Part shown: piece after piece, positions 48,125-56,128 of the stretch | Numbering within the stretch: the stretch's first letter is position 1 | How the letters are laid out: every line of letters starts with the position of its first letter | Origin: an uncultured Candidatus Rokubacteria bacterium | GTDB lineage: Bacteria > Methylomirabilota > Methylomirabilia > Rokubacteriales > DASRDR01 | Direction: 5' to 3' | Assembly: GCA_963805625.1 (NCBI GenBank) | Contig: CAWDVE010000016.1 | Span: forward strand, 96,001-160,000 | Length of the DNA: 64,000 nt | Translations under genes and position numbers: made by a program | The notes under the pieces: generated by a model | What the model saw: only the letters and a program-made list of their open reading frames with translations | The model's database searches: none | What the model was told of the DNA's origin: nothing

Positions 48125-48553
48125 CTAGCGCCGCCGCCGTCCCGCGCTCTTCCGACCGACCTCGACCGGGTGGGACCGCCGCGGTGGAACCGAGCGCGGC
48201 ACGTGGCGGACCGGCACCGACTTGCGTGCCGCCGCCAGCTGGAGCCCTCGGTCCGGAGGAAGCACGGGACCGACTGGCCGATTGTCCTTTCCCGGCATTG
48301 GCTTGCGGGCCTTCGGGTCGTGGGAGACCGGGGTGAGGATGGTGCCCACAGGGTCCAGGAAATGACGGAGCGCGAAGCCGCAGACTTTGCACCGCTTGTA
48401 GGAAAAGCGCCGGCTTTGCTCATCGAGCCGAGGCCGGCCCAAGACCTCCATGCGGCCAGGACAACACTTGTTTGGCGATGGAGGAGAAATGATACGTCGC
48501 GGATAAAGATTCTGCGGCTTTAACTCACGGCTATAGACGATGATATTCTTCAC
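48125..48553 (-). CDS. Possible small Cys-containing (Zn-ribbon-like) protein with basic tail
   Basis: CCPGRME...YKRCKVCGF. Start uncertain (GTG 48553 or ATG 48451). Confidence 0.4.
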   Translation of the reverse strand: MKNIIVYSRELKPQNLYPRRIISPPSPNKCCPGRMEVLGRPRLDEQSRRFSYKRCKVCGFALRHFLDPVGTILTPVSHDPKARKPMPGKDNRPVGPVLPPDRGLQLAAARKSVPVRHVPRSVPPRRSHPVEVGRKSAGRRRR

Positions 48554-48629
48554 GCTACCCAGCGCCTCACGGAGCATTTTCGCCACGAATGCAGGACTTT
48601 GCAAGCGGAAATCGCCGAGCGGCAATCTG

Positions 48630-49499
48630 TCAGCCGGCGGACTCCTTCCCGGCGAACTCCCGGGCACTGGGGAACCACCGCGCCAGGTCGTCGAGCGGGG
48701 TGGTCGCCAGGAATGGCTCGACCAGGCGGCGGGTGTACGCGCGACTCCCGGCAAAGCGAACCTCGGCGGTGGCCAGTAGCCCTCCGTCCGGACCGAGAAG
48801 GACGCCGCTCACCCGAGAGTAGCGGCCCCGAGGGTCGTCGTCGCTCGCGCCGGCGGCCCGGTCGCCCACCGCCAGGAGCGGCGCGAACGGCAACGACTCG
48901 AAGAGCGTGATCCGGACGTCCGTCGTCACCCCGCACTCCTTCTGGGCAAGCGCACCGAGCCACCAGCCAAGCTCGTCCAAGAGGATGAGCGCCAGCGCTG
49001 GATGCGCGCCCTCCCGCGTCTGGTAGGTCGGCGACGGCATGTGCTCGCCCCACAGGAAGCGATCGTTCGCGCGGAAGCGGATGCCGAGGCCGAGCGGGTT
49101 CGCCGAGCCGCACGCGAGGCAGGTCGCCGTGCCCGGCACCTCCTCGCGCGTGTCGTGGTCGGCGGCCCACCGGGTCCGCAGGGGGGCGACGTCCGGCTGA
49201 ACGAGCCCCTCGCGGTGAAGCGTTGCCTCTGCCAGGGGGCGCTCGCCCTGGGTCAACGCCAGTCGCGCAGTCGTGCCTGCGCTGCCCGTCCGGAGGCCGA
49301 GTGGCGTCCCGGTGGGAACGCCGCGAAGCAGCTCGACGCGGAGCGCGACGGGGGGGCGCGGCAGCGCGAGACGGTGGAAGACTGCGGCGATCGCCCCGCC
49401 GTGCGCAGTGCCGGGAAAACCGTGGAGATCGGCCGGAAATGTGACGACGCCGCGCGCCGCGTCGGCGACCGCCTCCCGGAGCGCCTCGCCGATCGTCAT
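48630..49499 (-). CDS. Double hotdog-fold thioesterase-like (PaaI-related) protein
   Basis: GFPGTAHGG; CLACGSANPLGL; HPALALILLDE. Confidence 0.75.
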   Translation of the reverse strand: MTIGEALREAVADAARGVVTFPADLHGFPGTAHGGAIAAVFHRLALPRPPVALRVELLRGVPTGTPLGLRTGSAGTTARLALTQGERPLAEATLHREGLVQPDVAPLRTRWAADHDTREEVPGTATCLACGSANPLGLGIRFRANDRFLWGEHMPSPTYQTREGAHPALALILLDELGWWLGALAQKECGVTTDVRITLFESLPFAPLLAVGDRAAGASDDDPRGRYSRVSGVLLGPDGGLLATAEVRFAGSRAYTRRLVEPFLATTPLDDLARWFPSAREFAGKESAG

Positions 49500-49515
49500 G
49501 GCGAGCGCGCAGCGT

Positions 49516-49632
49516 TCAGGGATCCGAGCAGTCGCGCGTGTATCCGCAGTGCGGGCAGACGATCTTGCACTTGATCTCGCGCATGATCGCGCCGCAGACC
49601 CAGCAACTGTGCACGATCGCGTCGTGGGCCAT
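49516..49632 (-). CDS. 38-aa zinc-finger microprotein (HVO_2523-like), absent from the ORF track
   Basis: MAHDAIVHSCWVCGAIMREIKCKIVCPHCGYTRDCSDP*; 6 Cys. Confidence 0.8.
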   Translation of the reverse strand: MAHDAIVHSCWVCGAIMREIKCKIVCPHCGYTRDCSDP

Positions 49633-49657
49633 GTCGAGTCGGGTTATAGTAAGCGCG

Positions 49658-50245
49658 ATGTGCCGCCCGCTTCAACCTTTTGGAGGACGCGTGCCCCTCC
49701 TGCTCCTCCTGGCGGGCCTTCTCGGAAGCGGATGTGCTCGGGTCACGCTGGATGCCGTGCGTGCTGACGTTGCCGCGGGCCAGGGCCACCTCATCACCAC
49801 CGTGCCCTTCATCGCCCAGGACGCCTATCAGTGCGGCCCCGCGGCGCTCGCCATGGTCCTCCGCTACTGGGGGGTGGCCGCCGACGCAGAGGAGATCGGG
49901 CGTACTCTCTACCTGCCCTCCGCTCAGGGCGTCCTAAACCTCGAGCTCGAGTTCGAGGCCCGCCGGCGCGGGTTCCGCACCCAGGCCTTCGAGGGCTCCC
50001 TCGAGCGCGCCAAGACGGAGCTCCGCCGCGGCCGTCCAGTCATCGTGTTCCAGGACCTGGGGCGGGGGCCGGTATCCATCCCGCACTTCGCCGTGCTGCT
50101 GGGCTACGACGACCGGGCCGAAGTGGTCGTGCTTCACTCGGGAGCGACTCCTTACCAGGTCCTCTCGTACGCCGAGTTCCTCCGGACCTGGGCCGCCCGC
50201 CGGGGCTGGTCACTCCTGATCACGCCGCCCGGCGCCGCCACGTGA
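49658..50245 (+). CDS. C39-like cysteine peptidase lipoprotein (PA2778-like)
   Basis: Lipobox LGSGC; VPFIAQ..QCGPAALAMVL; HFAVLLGYD. Confidence 0.85.
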   Translation: MCRPLQPFGGRVPLLLLLAGLLGSGCARVTLDAVRADVAAGQGHLITTVPFIAQDAYQCGPAALAMVLRYWGVAADAEEIGRTLYLPSAQGVLNLELEFEARRRGFRTQAFEGSLERAKTELRRGRPVIVFQDLGRGPVSIPHFAVLLGYDDRAEVVVLHSGATPYQVLSYAEFLRTWAARRGWSLLITPPGAAT

Positions 50246-50916
50246 GGGGGGCCGAGATCCGGGGCCGCCTCCTCGGAGTCGCGCTTGGCGCGGCCCCTGC
50301 CGCCCTGCTCGCCGTCGGCGGCGACGTGGTCAACGTCTACACGGGCGAGGTCGTTCGCTGGGACGTGGCCGTGGCCGATGGGCGCATCGCGGCGGTCGGC
50401 CCGGACCTCGCGTCCCTGGCGGGCCCGGCGACCGAGCGGCTCGACGTCCGCGGCAAGGTGCTCGTTCCGCTGGCGGCGGTCTGTGACCGGCGGAGCGGGC
50501 TCCGCCGCGGCCTCGGGGTCGTCCAGGGGTTCGGGCTCCGCGAGGGGGCCGTCGTCTCGACGCTGTCGTTCGACACCGCCGACCTGGTCCTCGTCGGCGC
50601 CTCGCGCGAGGCGCTGGCGGCCGCCGGGCAGCGGGCGGTGGCCCTCGGCGGCGGGTTCGTCGTCGTGGACGGCCGGGGCGCCGTGCGCGCGGAGCTGCCG
50701 CTCCCGCTGGGCGGCATCGCCGCGGCTGGCTCCGTGTCGGAGCTGGCCCACGGCCTCGAGACGGTGACCGGGGCGTTGCGCGACCTGGGCTCGCAGCTCG
50801 GCCGCCCGCTCCTGACGCTGCAGACCCTCACGTTCTCGGCCATTCCCGCGTTGCGCCTGACCACTCGCGGGCTTCTCGTCGTCAAGAGCCGCGAGCACGT
50901 GCCGGCCCTCCTCTGA
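50242..50916 (+). CDS. Adenine deaminase-like protein lacking the catalytic barrel (N- and C-terminal domains only; may be a pseudogene)
   Basis: VVNVYTGE..VAVADGRIAAVG..GKVLVP is joined to GFGLREGA..GGGFVVV..ELPLPLGG..IPALRLT. Confidence 0.75.
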   Translation: MRGAEIRGRLLGVALGAAPAALLAVGGDVVNVYTGEVVRWDVAVADGRIAAVGPDLASLAGPATERLDVRGKVLVPLAAVCDRRSGLRRGLGVVQGFGLREGAVVSTLSFDTADLVLVGASREALAAAGQRAVALGGGFVVVDGRGAVRAELPLPLGGIAAAGSVSELAHGLETVTGALRDLGSQLGRPLLTLQTLTFSAIPALRLTTRGLLVVKSREHVPALL

Positions 50917-50941
50917 GCGACGCACGCTCGCCAGGTCCACG

Positions 50942-52114
50942 ATGCCGTCCTCCACGATCCTCACCGCAGCGTTCCTGACCGCGGCGGTCGCGAACTTCCT
51001 CTTCTTCACGGGGCTTGCCGGCTTTGTCCTACTGCCGCTCCACCTCCGGCGGCTCGGCGCGACGGACGGCCAGCTCGGGCTGATCATGGCGTGCTACAGC
51101 GCGACGGCGATCGTCGTCCAGCCGGTCGTCGGCGCGTGGGTCGACCGTGGCGGCCGCCGCGCGTTCCTCGTGACCGGCGCGGTGCTCACCTCCGGCGTGG
51201 CCCTCCTGTTCGCGGCCGTGCCCGACGCGCTGGGGCTCTTCCCGCTGCTGCGCGCGCTCCAGGGCGTGGCCTTCTCCGTCTTCTTCATCGCGAATTTCAC
51301 GGTCGTGGTCGATCTAGTTCCACCGGACCGGCGCGGCCAGGCGCTCGGGATCTTCGGGATCTCGGGGCTTGTCTCCGGAGCCGTGGGTCCGGCGCTTGGC
51401 GAGCTCCTGGTGCAGGCGGCCGGCTTTCGTGGACTGTTCCTGGCCGCGGCGGTCCTCCCCCTCCTGGCCGCCGGGATCTCCGCACGGCTCCACCTCCCGC
51501 CGGAGCCGCGCCGGGTCGGCGCGGGCGAAGGCCTGCCGGGCCTGCTCCGCGGGATCCTCTCGGCCCCCCGGCTTCCAATGACGCTTGGCGCAGCCTTCGG
51601 TCTTGGCCAGGGCGTGATGTTCACGTTCTTCCCGACCTACGCCCTCGACCTCGGGGTTCGATGGGTAGGGCTCTTCGCGGTCACCTACTCGGGCGCGGCC
51701 CTCGGCGTGCGGGCCACGGCCAGCGGCCTCGCGGACACCATCGGGCGGCGGGCCGTCATCATCCCCGCGTTGGCACTCCAGGCCGCCGCCACCGTGCTCC
51801 TCTCGAGCCTCGGCCTTCTCGCGCGGAGCCTGGGCTTCCCGGCCGGACCATTCCTTGCTCTCGCCGGCCTTCTCGCGGGCGCCGCGCATGGACTCCTCTA
51901 CCCGGCGCTGACGGCGCTCGTCGTGGACGTGACCCCGCCGGAGCGCCGCGGTCGCATGGTTGGCGTGTTCATGGCCTTCATCCTTCTCGGTCAGGCTGGG
52001 GGGGCCGCGGGGTTCGGCCACCTGGCCCACGCGGTGGGCTACGGCCCAATGTTTGGCATCCTGAGCATCCTCCTCGCCGGCGCGTGCGTCCTCGCGTTCC
52101 GCCTGGAGCGCTGA
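50942..52114 (+). CDS. MFS transporter
   Basis: GAWVDRGGRR and ADTIGRR motifs; about 12 TM helices. Confidence 0.9.
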   Translation: MPSSTILTAAFLTAAVANFLFFTGLAGFVLLPLHLRRLGATDGQLGLIMACYSATAIVVQPVVGAWVDRGGRRAFLVTGAVLTSGVALLFAAVPDALGLFPLLRALQGVAFSVFFIANFTVVVDLVPPDRRGQALGIFGISGLVSGAVGPALGELLVQAAGFRGLFLAAAVLPLLAAGISARLHLPPEPRRVGAGEGLPGLLRGILSAPRLPMTLGAAFGLGQGVMFTFFPTYALDLGVRWVGLFAVTYSGAALGVRATASGLADTIGRRAVIIPALALQAAATVLLSSLGLLARSLGFPAGPFLALAGLLAGAAHGLLYPALTALVVDVTPPERRGRMVGVFMAFILLGQAGGAAGFGHLAHAVGYGPMFGILSILLAGACVLAFRLER

Positions 52115-52208
52115 CTCGCGGGGTCCCCCGTGCCGCCGGGGGCCCGGGAGGGATGGGGTATACTTCGGCACGGCGCCGGCGGGGTGCCCTGTGAAGGAGG
52201 AGCGGACC

Positions 52209-52736
52209 ATGCGGGGAGCGCGGGCGTGGACGCTGGGCATGGTGATCCTGGTGGGGCTCATGAGCCTGGGCGCGACGGAGCCGCCGAAGGTGGGCGGCCC
52301 GGGGGCGAGCCCGCAGGAAGCCGAGGTGACGGGCGTCGTGGTGGACCCGAGCACGCGGCAGCCGATCGTTCTCCTCCAGGGCAAGCGGGACCGTCGGGCG
52401 CTCGCGATGACGATCGGCCGGTTCGAGGCCAACGGGATCGCCATCGCCCTCCAGGGGGTCACGCCCCCGCGCCCGCTCACGCACGACCTGTTCCTGAACG
52501 TCCTCGGCGACCTCCGCGCGTCCCTCAAGCGCATCGTGGTGACCGATCTCCGCGACGACGTCTTCTACGCGCAGTTGCACCTGGAGGCCGCGGGGTCGCG
52601 GCTCACCATCGATTCCCGGCCCTCGGACGCCATCGCACTGGCGCTCCGGGCGCGGGTGCCCATCCTGGTGGAGGACCGGGTCTTCGACAAGGCGGACCGG
52701 CTCCTGCCCAAGGGTGGGGGCCCGCCGACGCTCTGA
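52209..52736 (+). CDS. Bifunctional nuclease (BFN/DUF151) family protein with signal-like N-terminus
   Basis: IGRFEANGI, PRPLTHDL and DSRPSDAIALALR motifs; AAGGAGG RBS; upstream TATACT. Confidence 0.88.
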   Translation: MRGARAWTLGMVILVGLMSLGATEPPKVGGPGASPQEAEVTGVVVDPSTRQPIVLLQGKRDRRALAMTIGRFEANGIAIALQGVTPPRPLTHDLFLNVLGDLRASLKRIVVTDLRDDVFYAQLHLEAAGSRLTIDSRPSDAIALALRARVPILVEDRVFDKADRLLPKGGGPPTL

Positions 52737-52742
52737 CCGCTC

Positions 52743-53699
52743 GTGCGTGACGGACCCGGATCGAGCCGAGCTCTGCCCGCGGCCGAGTGGGCCGTCCAGC
52801 GCCGCCTGGATGACCTGATCGGCAAGCTGGAGCCGAAGTTCGGCGACCTTCGAGGCCGGGTCGAAGTTCTCCCGCGCCCGGGCGTGACCTTCGCGATGAT
52901 CGGCGGGGCGGACACGGCGAAGGCGGCGATCAGCGGCCTGTCTCACGCCCTCCGGATGCCCGATCTCTACCGGCGCTGGGGCATCACCCCGCCGCGCGGC
53001 GGGCTCCTCTACGGGCCACCCGGGAACGGCAAGACCTTGCTCGCGAAGGCCCTGGCCACCCTGTCGGAGGCGCTCTTCTACCACTTCCGCCTGGCGACCC
53101 TCACCTCCAAGGTGGGCCCGCTGGCGGCCGAGGTGATCAAGGAGGTGTTCCAGCTCGCGAGCTCGGAAGGCAAGGGCGTCCTCTTCTTCGAGGACGCCGA
53201 GGCGCTCTCCTTCGAGCACATCCTTCCGCCCGAGCGCGCCCGGGAGGCGGCGGCGCCGCTCCTCATCGGGATCTGCGAGCTGCTCGACGGGCTTCGCGCC
53301 TTTCCCTCGCTTCTCGTCGTTGCGTCCACCAGCCGTCCCGACGGGATCGGCTCGCTCCTCATCAGCCCCGGACGTCTGGACCACCTGATCGAGGTGCCGC
53401 TGCCCGACGGTCCCGCCCTGCAGGAGATCCTCGACATCCAGCGCAAGCGTGCGGAGGCCCTGGCCGAGCGGACGCTCTTCGAGCCGATCGACTCGGAAGT
53501 GCTCGTGTCCCGGCTGGCCGGGATGAGCGGTGGCGAGGTCGCGGAGGTGGTCCGCCGCGCGCTCGAGGAGAAGGTCCACCGGTCCGGGGACGGTCCGGAG
53601 GCCGGACTCGTCCGGACGGCCGATCTCCTCACCGCCGTGGACGAGTCGCGCCGCGTGCGGGACGTGGTCGTCAAGATCCGCTACGGCCAGTACCTCTGA
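52743..53699 (+). CDS. Single-module AAA+ protein (classic AAA clade) with C-terminal GQYL motif
   Basis: GITPPRGGLLYGPPGNGKT, FFEDAE and SPGRLD; ends IRYGQYL. Confidence 0.9.
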   Translation: MRDGPGSSRALPAAEWAVQRRLDDLIGKLEPKFGDLRGRVEVLPRPGVTFAMIGGADTAKAAISGLSHALRMPDLYRRWGITPPRGGLLYGPPGNGKTLLAKALATLSEALFYHFRLATLTSKVGPLAAEVIKEVFQLASSEGKGVLFFEDAEALSFEHILPPERAREAAAPLLIGICELLDGLRAFPSLLVVASTSRPDGIGSLLISPGRLDHLIEVPLPDGPALQEILDIQRKRAEALAERTLFEPIDSEVLVSRLAGMSGGEVAEVVRRALEEKVHRSGDGPEAGLVRTADLLTAVDESRRVRDVVVKIRYGQYL

Positions 53700-53798
53700 T
53701 GCCGAGCCCGGAATCGGAGACGCGCGCGGCGACAGGACCCGCGGCGGCGGACTCGCGCGGAACGTCGCGGGCGTAGCCCAACGAGCGCCAACGACACG

Positions 53799-54212
53799 AT
53801 GGTGTCCGAGACGACGATCCGGGTGCGGTACGCCGAGACCGACACCATGGGCGTCGTCTACTACGGCAACTACCTCACCTACTTCGAGGTCGGTCGCGTC
53901 GAATTTCTTCGCCAGCACGGCTTTCCCATGTCGGCGGTGAACCGGAAGGTCCACATGCCGGTCGTGGAGGCGTCGGTGCGGTACGTCAGGCCTGCGCGGC
54001 TCGACGACCTGCTCCGCGTCCGGTGCTGGATCAGCGAGCGGAAACGCGCGTCGTTCGTCTTCCGTTACGACATCCGCCACGCGGAGACGGGCGAGCCCGT
54101 CGCGACGGGAGAAACCCGGCACGCGTGCTGGAATCCGGAGACTCAGCGCATGATCGCCATCCCCGACTGGCTCGAGCCGCTCCTCACCCCGGAGACCGCG
54201 TCTGCGCTGTGA
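53799..54212 (+). CDS. Acyl-CoA thioesterase (YbgC/FadM family)
   Basis: RVRYAETDTMGVVYYGNYLTYFEVGR motif. Confidence 0.92.
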   Translation: MVSETTIRVRYAETDTMGVVYYGNYLTYFEVGRVEFLRQHGFPMSAVNRKVHMPVVEASVRYVRPARLDDLLRVRCWISERKRASFVFRYDIRHAETGEPVATGETRHACWNPETQRMIAIPDWLEPLLTPETASAL

Positions 54213-54314
54213 CTGCTGTCTGCCCCGGCCGCCGGGCCTGACCCGGACGGCTCTCCCACTGCGTTTCAGCGCCTCCGCGCCGAGCCCGGGGCGCGTGCCT
54301 CGGAGGAGGTTACC

Positions 54315-55973
54315 GTGTCCAGCGTGACCCCTGGCCGCCCACGCCCGATCACGGAGGTCTCCGCCCGTGCCGGCCTCGCCGACGAGGAGCTCGTTCCCTA
54401 CGGTCGCGAGATTGCGAAGGTCTCGGTCCGGGCGCTCGGCGCCCGGCGTAACGCTCCGTCGGGCAAGCTCGTAGTCGTCTCGTCCATCACCCCCACCCCG
54501 CCGGGCGACGGGAAGACAACGGTCACGATCGGGCTGGGGCAGGCCTTGTGGCGGATCGGCCGCCGGGCCGTCATCGCGCTTCGCGAGCCGTCGATCGGGC
54601 CGTGCCTCGGCATCAAGGGGGGCGGGACGGGGGGCGGGCGCTCGCAGGTCGTTCCGGCAGACTCGATCAACCTCCACTTCACCGGCGACATCCACGCGGT
54701 GGAGACTGCCCACAATCTCCTGGCCGCGTGCCTGGACAACCACCTCTATCACGACAACGCGCTCCGCATCGATCCACGGCAGGTCCTCTTCCGCCGCGCC
54801 ATGGACATGAACGACCGCGCCCTGCGGGAGATCGTGCTCGGCCTGGGCGGCCGGTTCCAGGGTTACCCCCGCGAGGAGGGGTTTCTCATCACGGCCGCGT
54901 CCGAGGTGATGGCGCTCCTCTGCCTGTCTGAGGACCTGATGGACCTCAAGGCCCGTCTGGGGCGGATCCTCCTCGGGTTCACCTTCGACGGCCGTCCGGT
55001 GGTCGCCCAGGACCTCAAGGTCACCGGGGCCATGGCGGCGCTCCTCCGCGACGCGATCCATCCCAACCTGGTTCAGACGCTCGAGGGCACGCCGGCCCTG
55101 GTCCACGGGGGCCCATTCGCCAACATCGCTCACGGCTGCAACTCCGTCATTGCGACGAAGCTCGCACTCAAGCTCGGCGAGATCTGCATCACCGAGGCGG
55201 GATTCGGGTTCGACCTCGGCGCCGAGAAGTTCTTCGACATCAAGTGCGGCTACGCCGGGCTCCGGCCCGACGGGGTCGTGCTGGTCGCGACCGCGCGCGC
55301 GCTCAAGTACCACGGGGGCGTGCCGATGAGCGCCGTGGACCAGGAGGACCTGCCCGCCATCAAGCGGGGCATGGCGAACCTCGAGAAGCACGTCGAGGAC
55401 ATCCACCTCTTCGGCGTCCCGGTCGTCGTCGCGCTTAACCGCTTCCCATCCGACACCGACGCGGAACTGGTCGCGATCGTGGAGCACTGCGCCGAGCTCG
55501 GCGTTCCCGCCGTGCCCGCCAACGTGTTCGGCGAGGGCGGCGCGGGCGGCGAGAAGCTGGCGGCGACCCTGATGGACGTGCTCGCCCGGCATCCCTCACA
55601 GTTCCGGCCGCTCTACGACTGGGGCGCGCCCGTCAAGGCGAAGATCCACACGATCGCGACGCGGATGTACGGAGCGGAGCGGGTGGCCTACACGAAGCGG
55701 GCGGAGGGGCAGATCGCCCAGGCGGAGACGCTCGGATACGGCGGGCTCCCGATCTGCATGGCCAAGACGCAGCGCTCGCTCTCGGACGACCCCACCCTCC
55801 TCGGCCGGCCGCGGGATTTCACGGTCACGGTGAGCGAGGTGCGGATCTCGGCGGGCGCGGGCTTCCTGGTGCCGATCACCGGAGACATCCTGACGATGCC
55901 GGGGTTGCCTCGGGTCCCGAGCGCAGAGCGGATCGACGTGGGCGCCGACGGGCGCATCACGGGGCTCGTCTGA
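54315..55973 (+). CDS. fhs: Formate--tetrahydrofolate ligase
   Basis: TPTPPGDGKTT, LREPS, INLHFTGD, HGGPFANIAHG, EAGFG and TMPGLP motifs. Confidence 0.97.
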   Translation: MSSVTPGRPRPITEVSARAGLADEELVPYGREIAKVSVRALGARRNAPSGKLVVVSSITPTPPGDGKTTVTIGLGQALWRIGRRAVIALREPSIGPCLGIKGGGTGGGRSQVVPADSINLHFTGDIHAVETAHNLLAACLDNHLYHDNALRIDPRQVLFRRAMDMNDRALREIVLGLGGRFQGYPREEGFLITAASEVMALLCLSEDLMDLKARLGRILLGFTFDGRPVVAQDLKVTGAMAALLRDAIHPNLVQTLEGTPALVHGGPFANIAHGCNSVIATKLALKLGEICITEAGFGFDLGAEKFFDIKCGYAGLRPDGVVLVATARALKYHGGVPMSAVDQEDLPAIKRGMANLEKHVEDIHLFGVPVVVALNRFPSDTDAELVAIVEHCAELGVPAVPANVFGEGGAGGEKLAATLMDVLARHPSQFRPLYDWGAPVKAKIHTIATRMYGAERVAYTKRAEGQIAQAETLGYGGLPICMAKTQRSLSDDPTLLGRPRDFTVTVSEVRISAGAGFLVPITGDILTMPGLPRVPSAERIDVGADGRITGLV

Positions 55974-55994
55974 GCCGGCTCGGCGCCTCCGGCT

Positions 55995-56027
55995 CCGCCA
56001 CGGCCGGCCGTGGCGGCGTGCTATACT
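55995..56027 (+). promoter_or_regulatory. Perfect 22-bp palindrome followed by an extended -10 element
   Basis: ccgccacggcc/ggccgtggcgg (55995-56016), then TGcTATACT. Confidence 0.55.
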
Positions 56028-56128
56028 TCGTGACTGATCGCAGCCCCGTCGTCCTGCAGGGCGCGACAGCGCGGAGATTCTTCAGCCGATGACCCAGCGT
56101 GCATCTCCACGGAGCGGAGCGATGAGCG

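Noticed and set aside
49516-50245. Cys-rich peptide plus C39 peptidase as a RiPP/bacteriocin cluster
   Set aside because: The peptide has zinc-finger spacing and no double-glycine leader. The peptidase is a stand-alone lipoprotein with no transporter or modifying enzymes.
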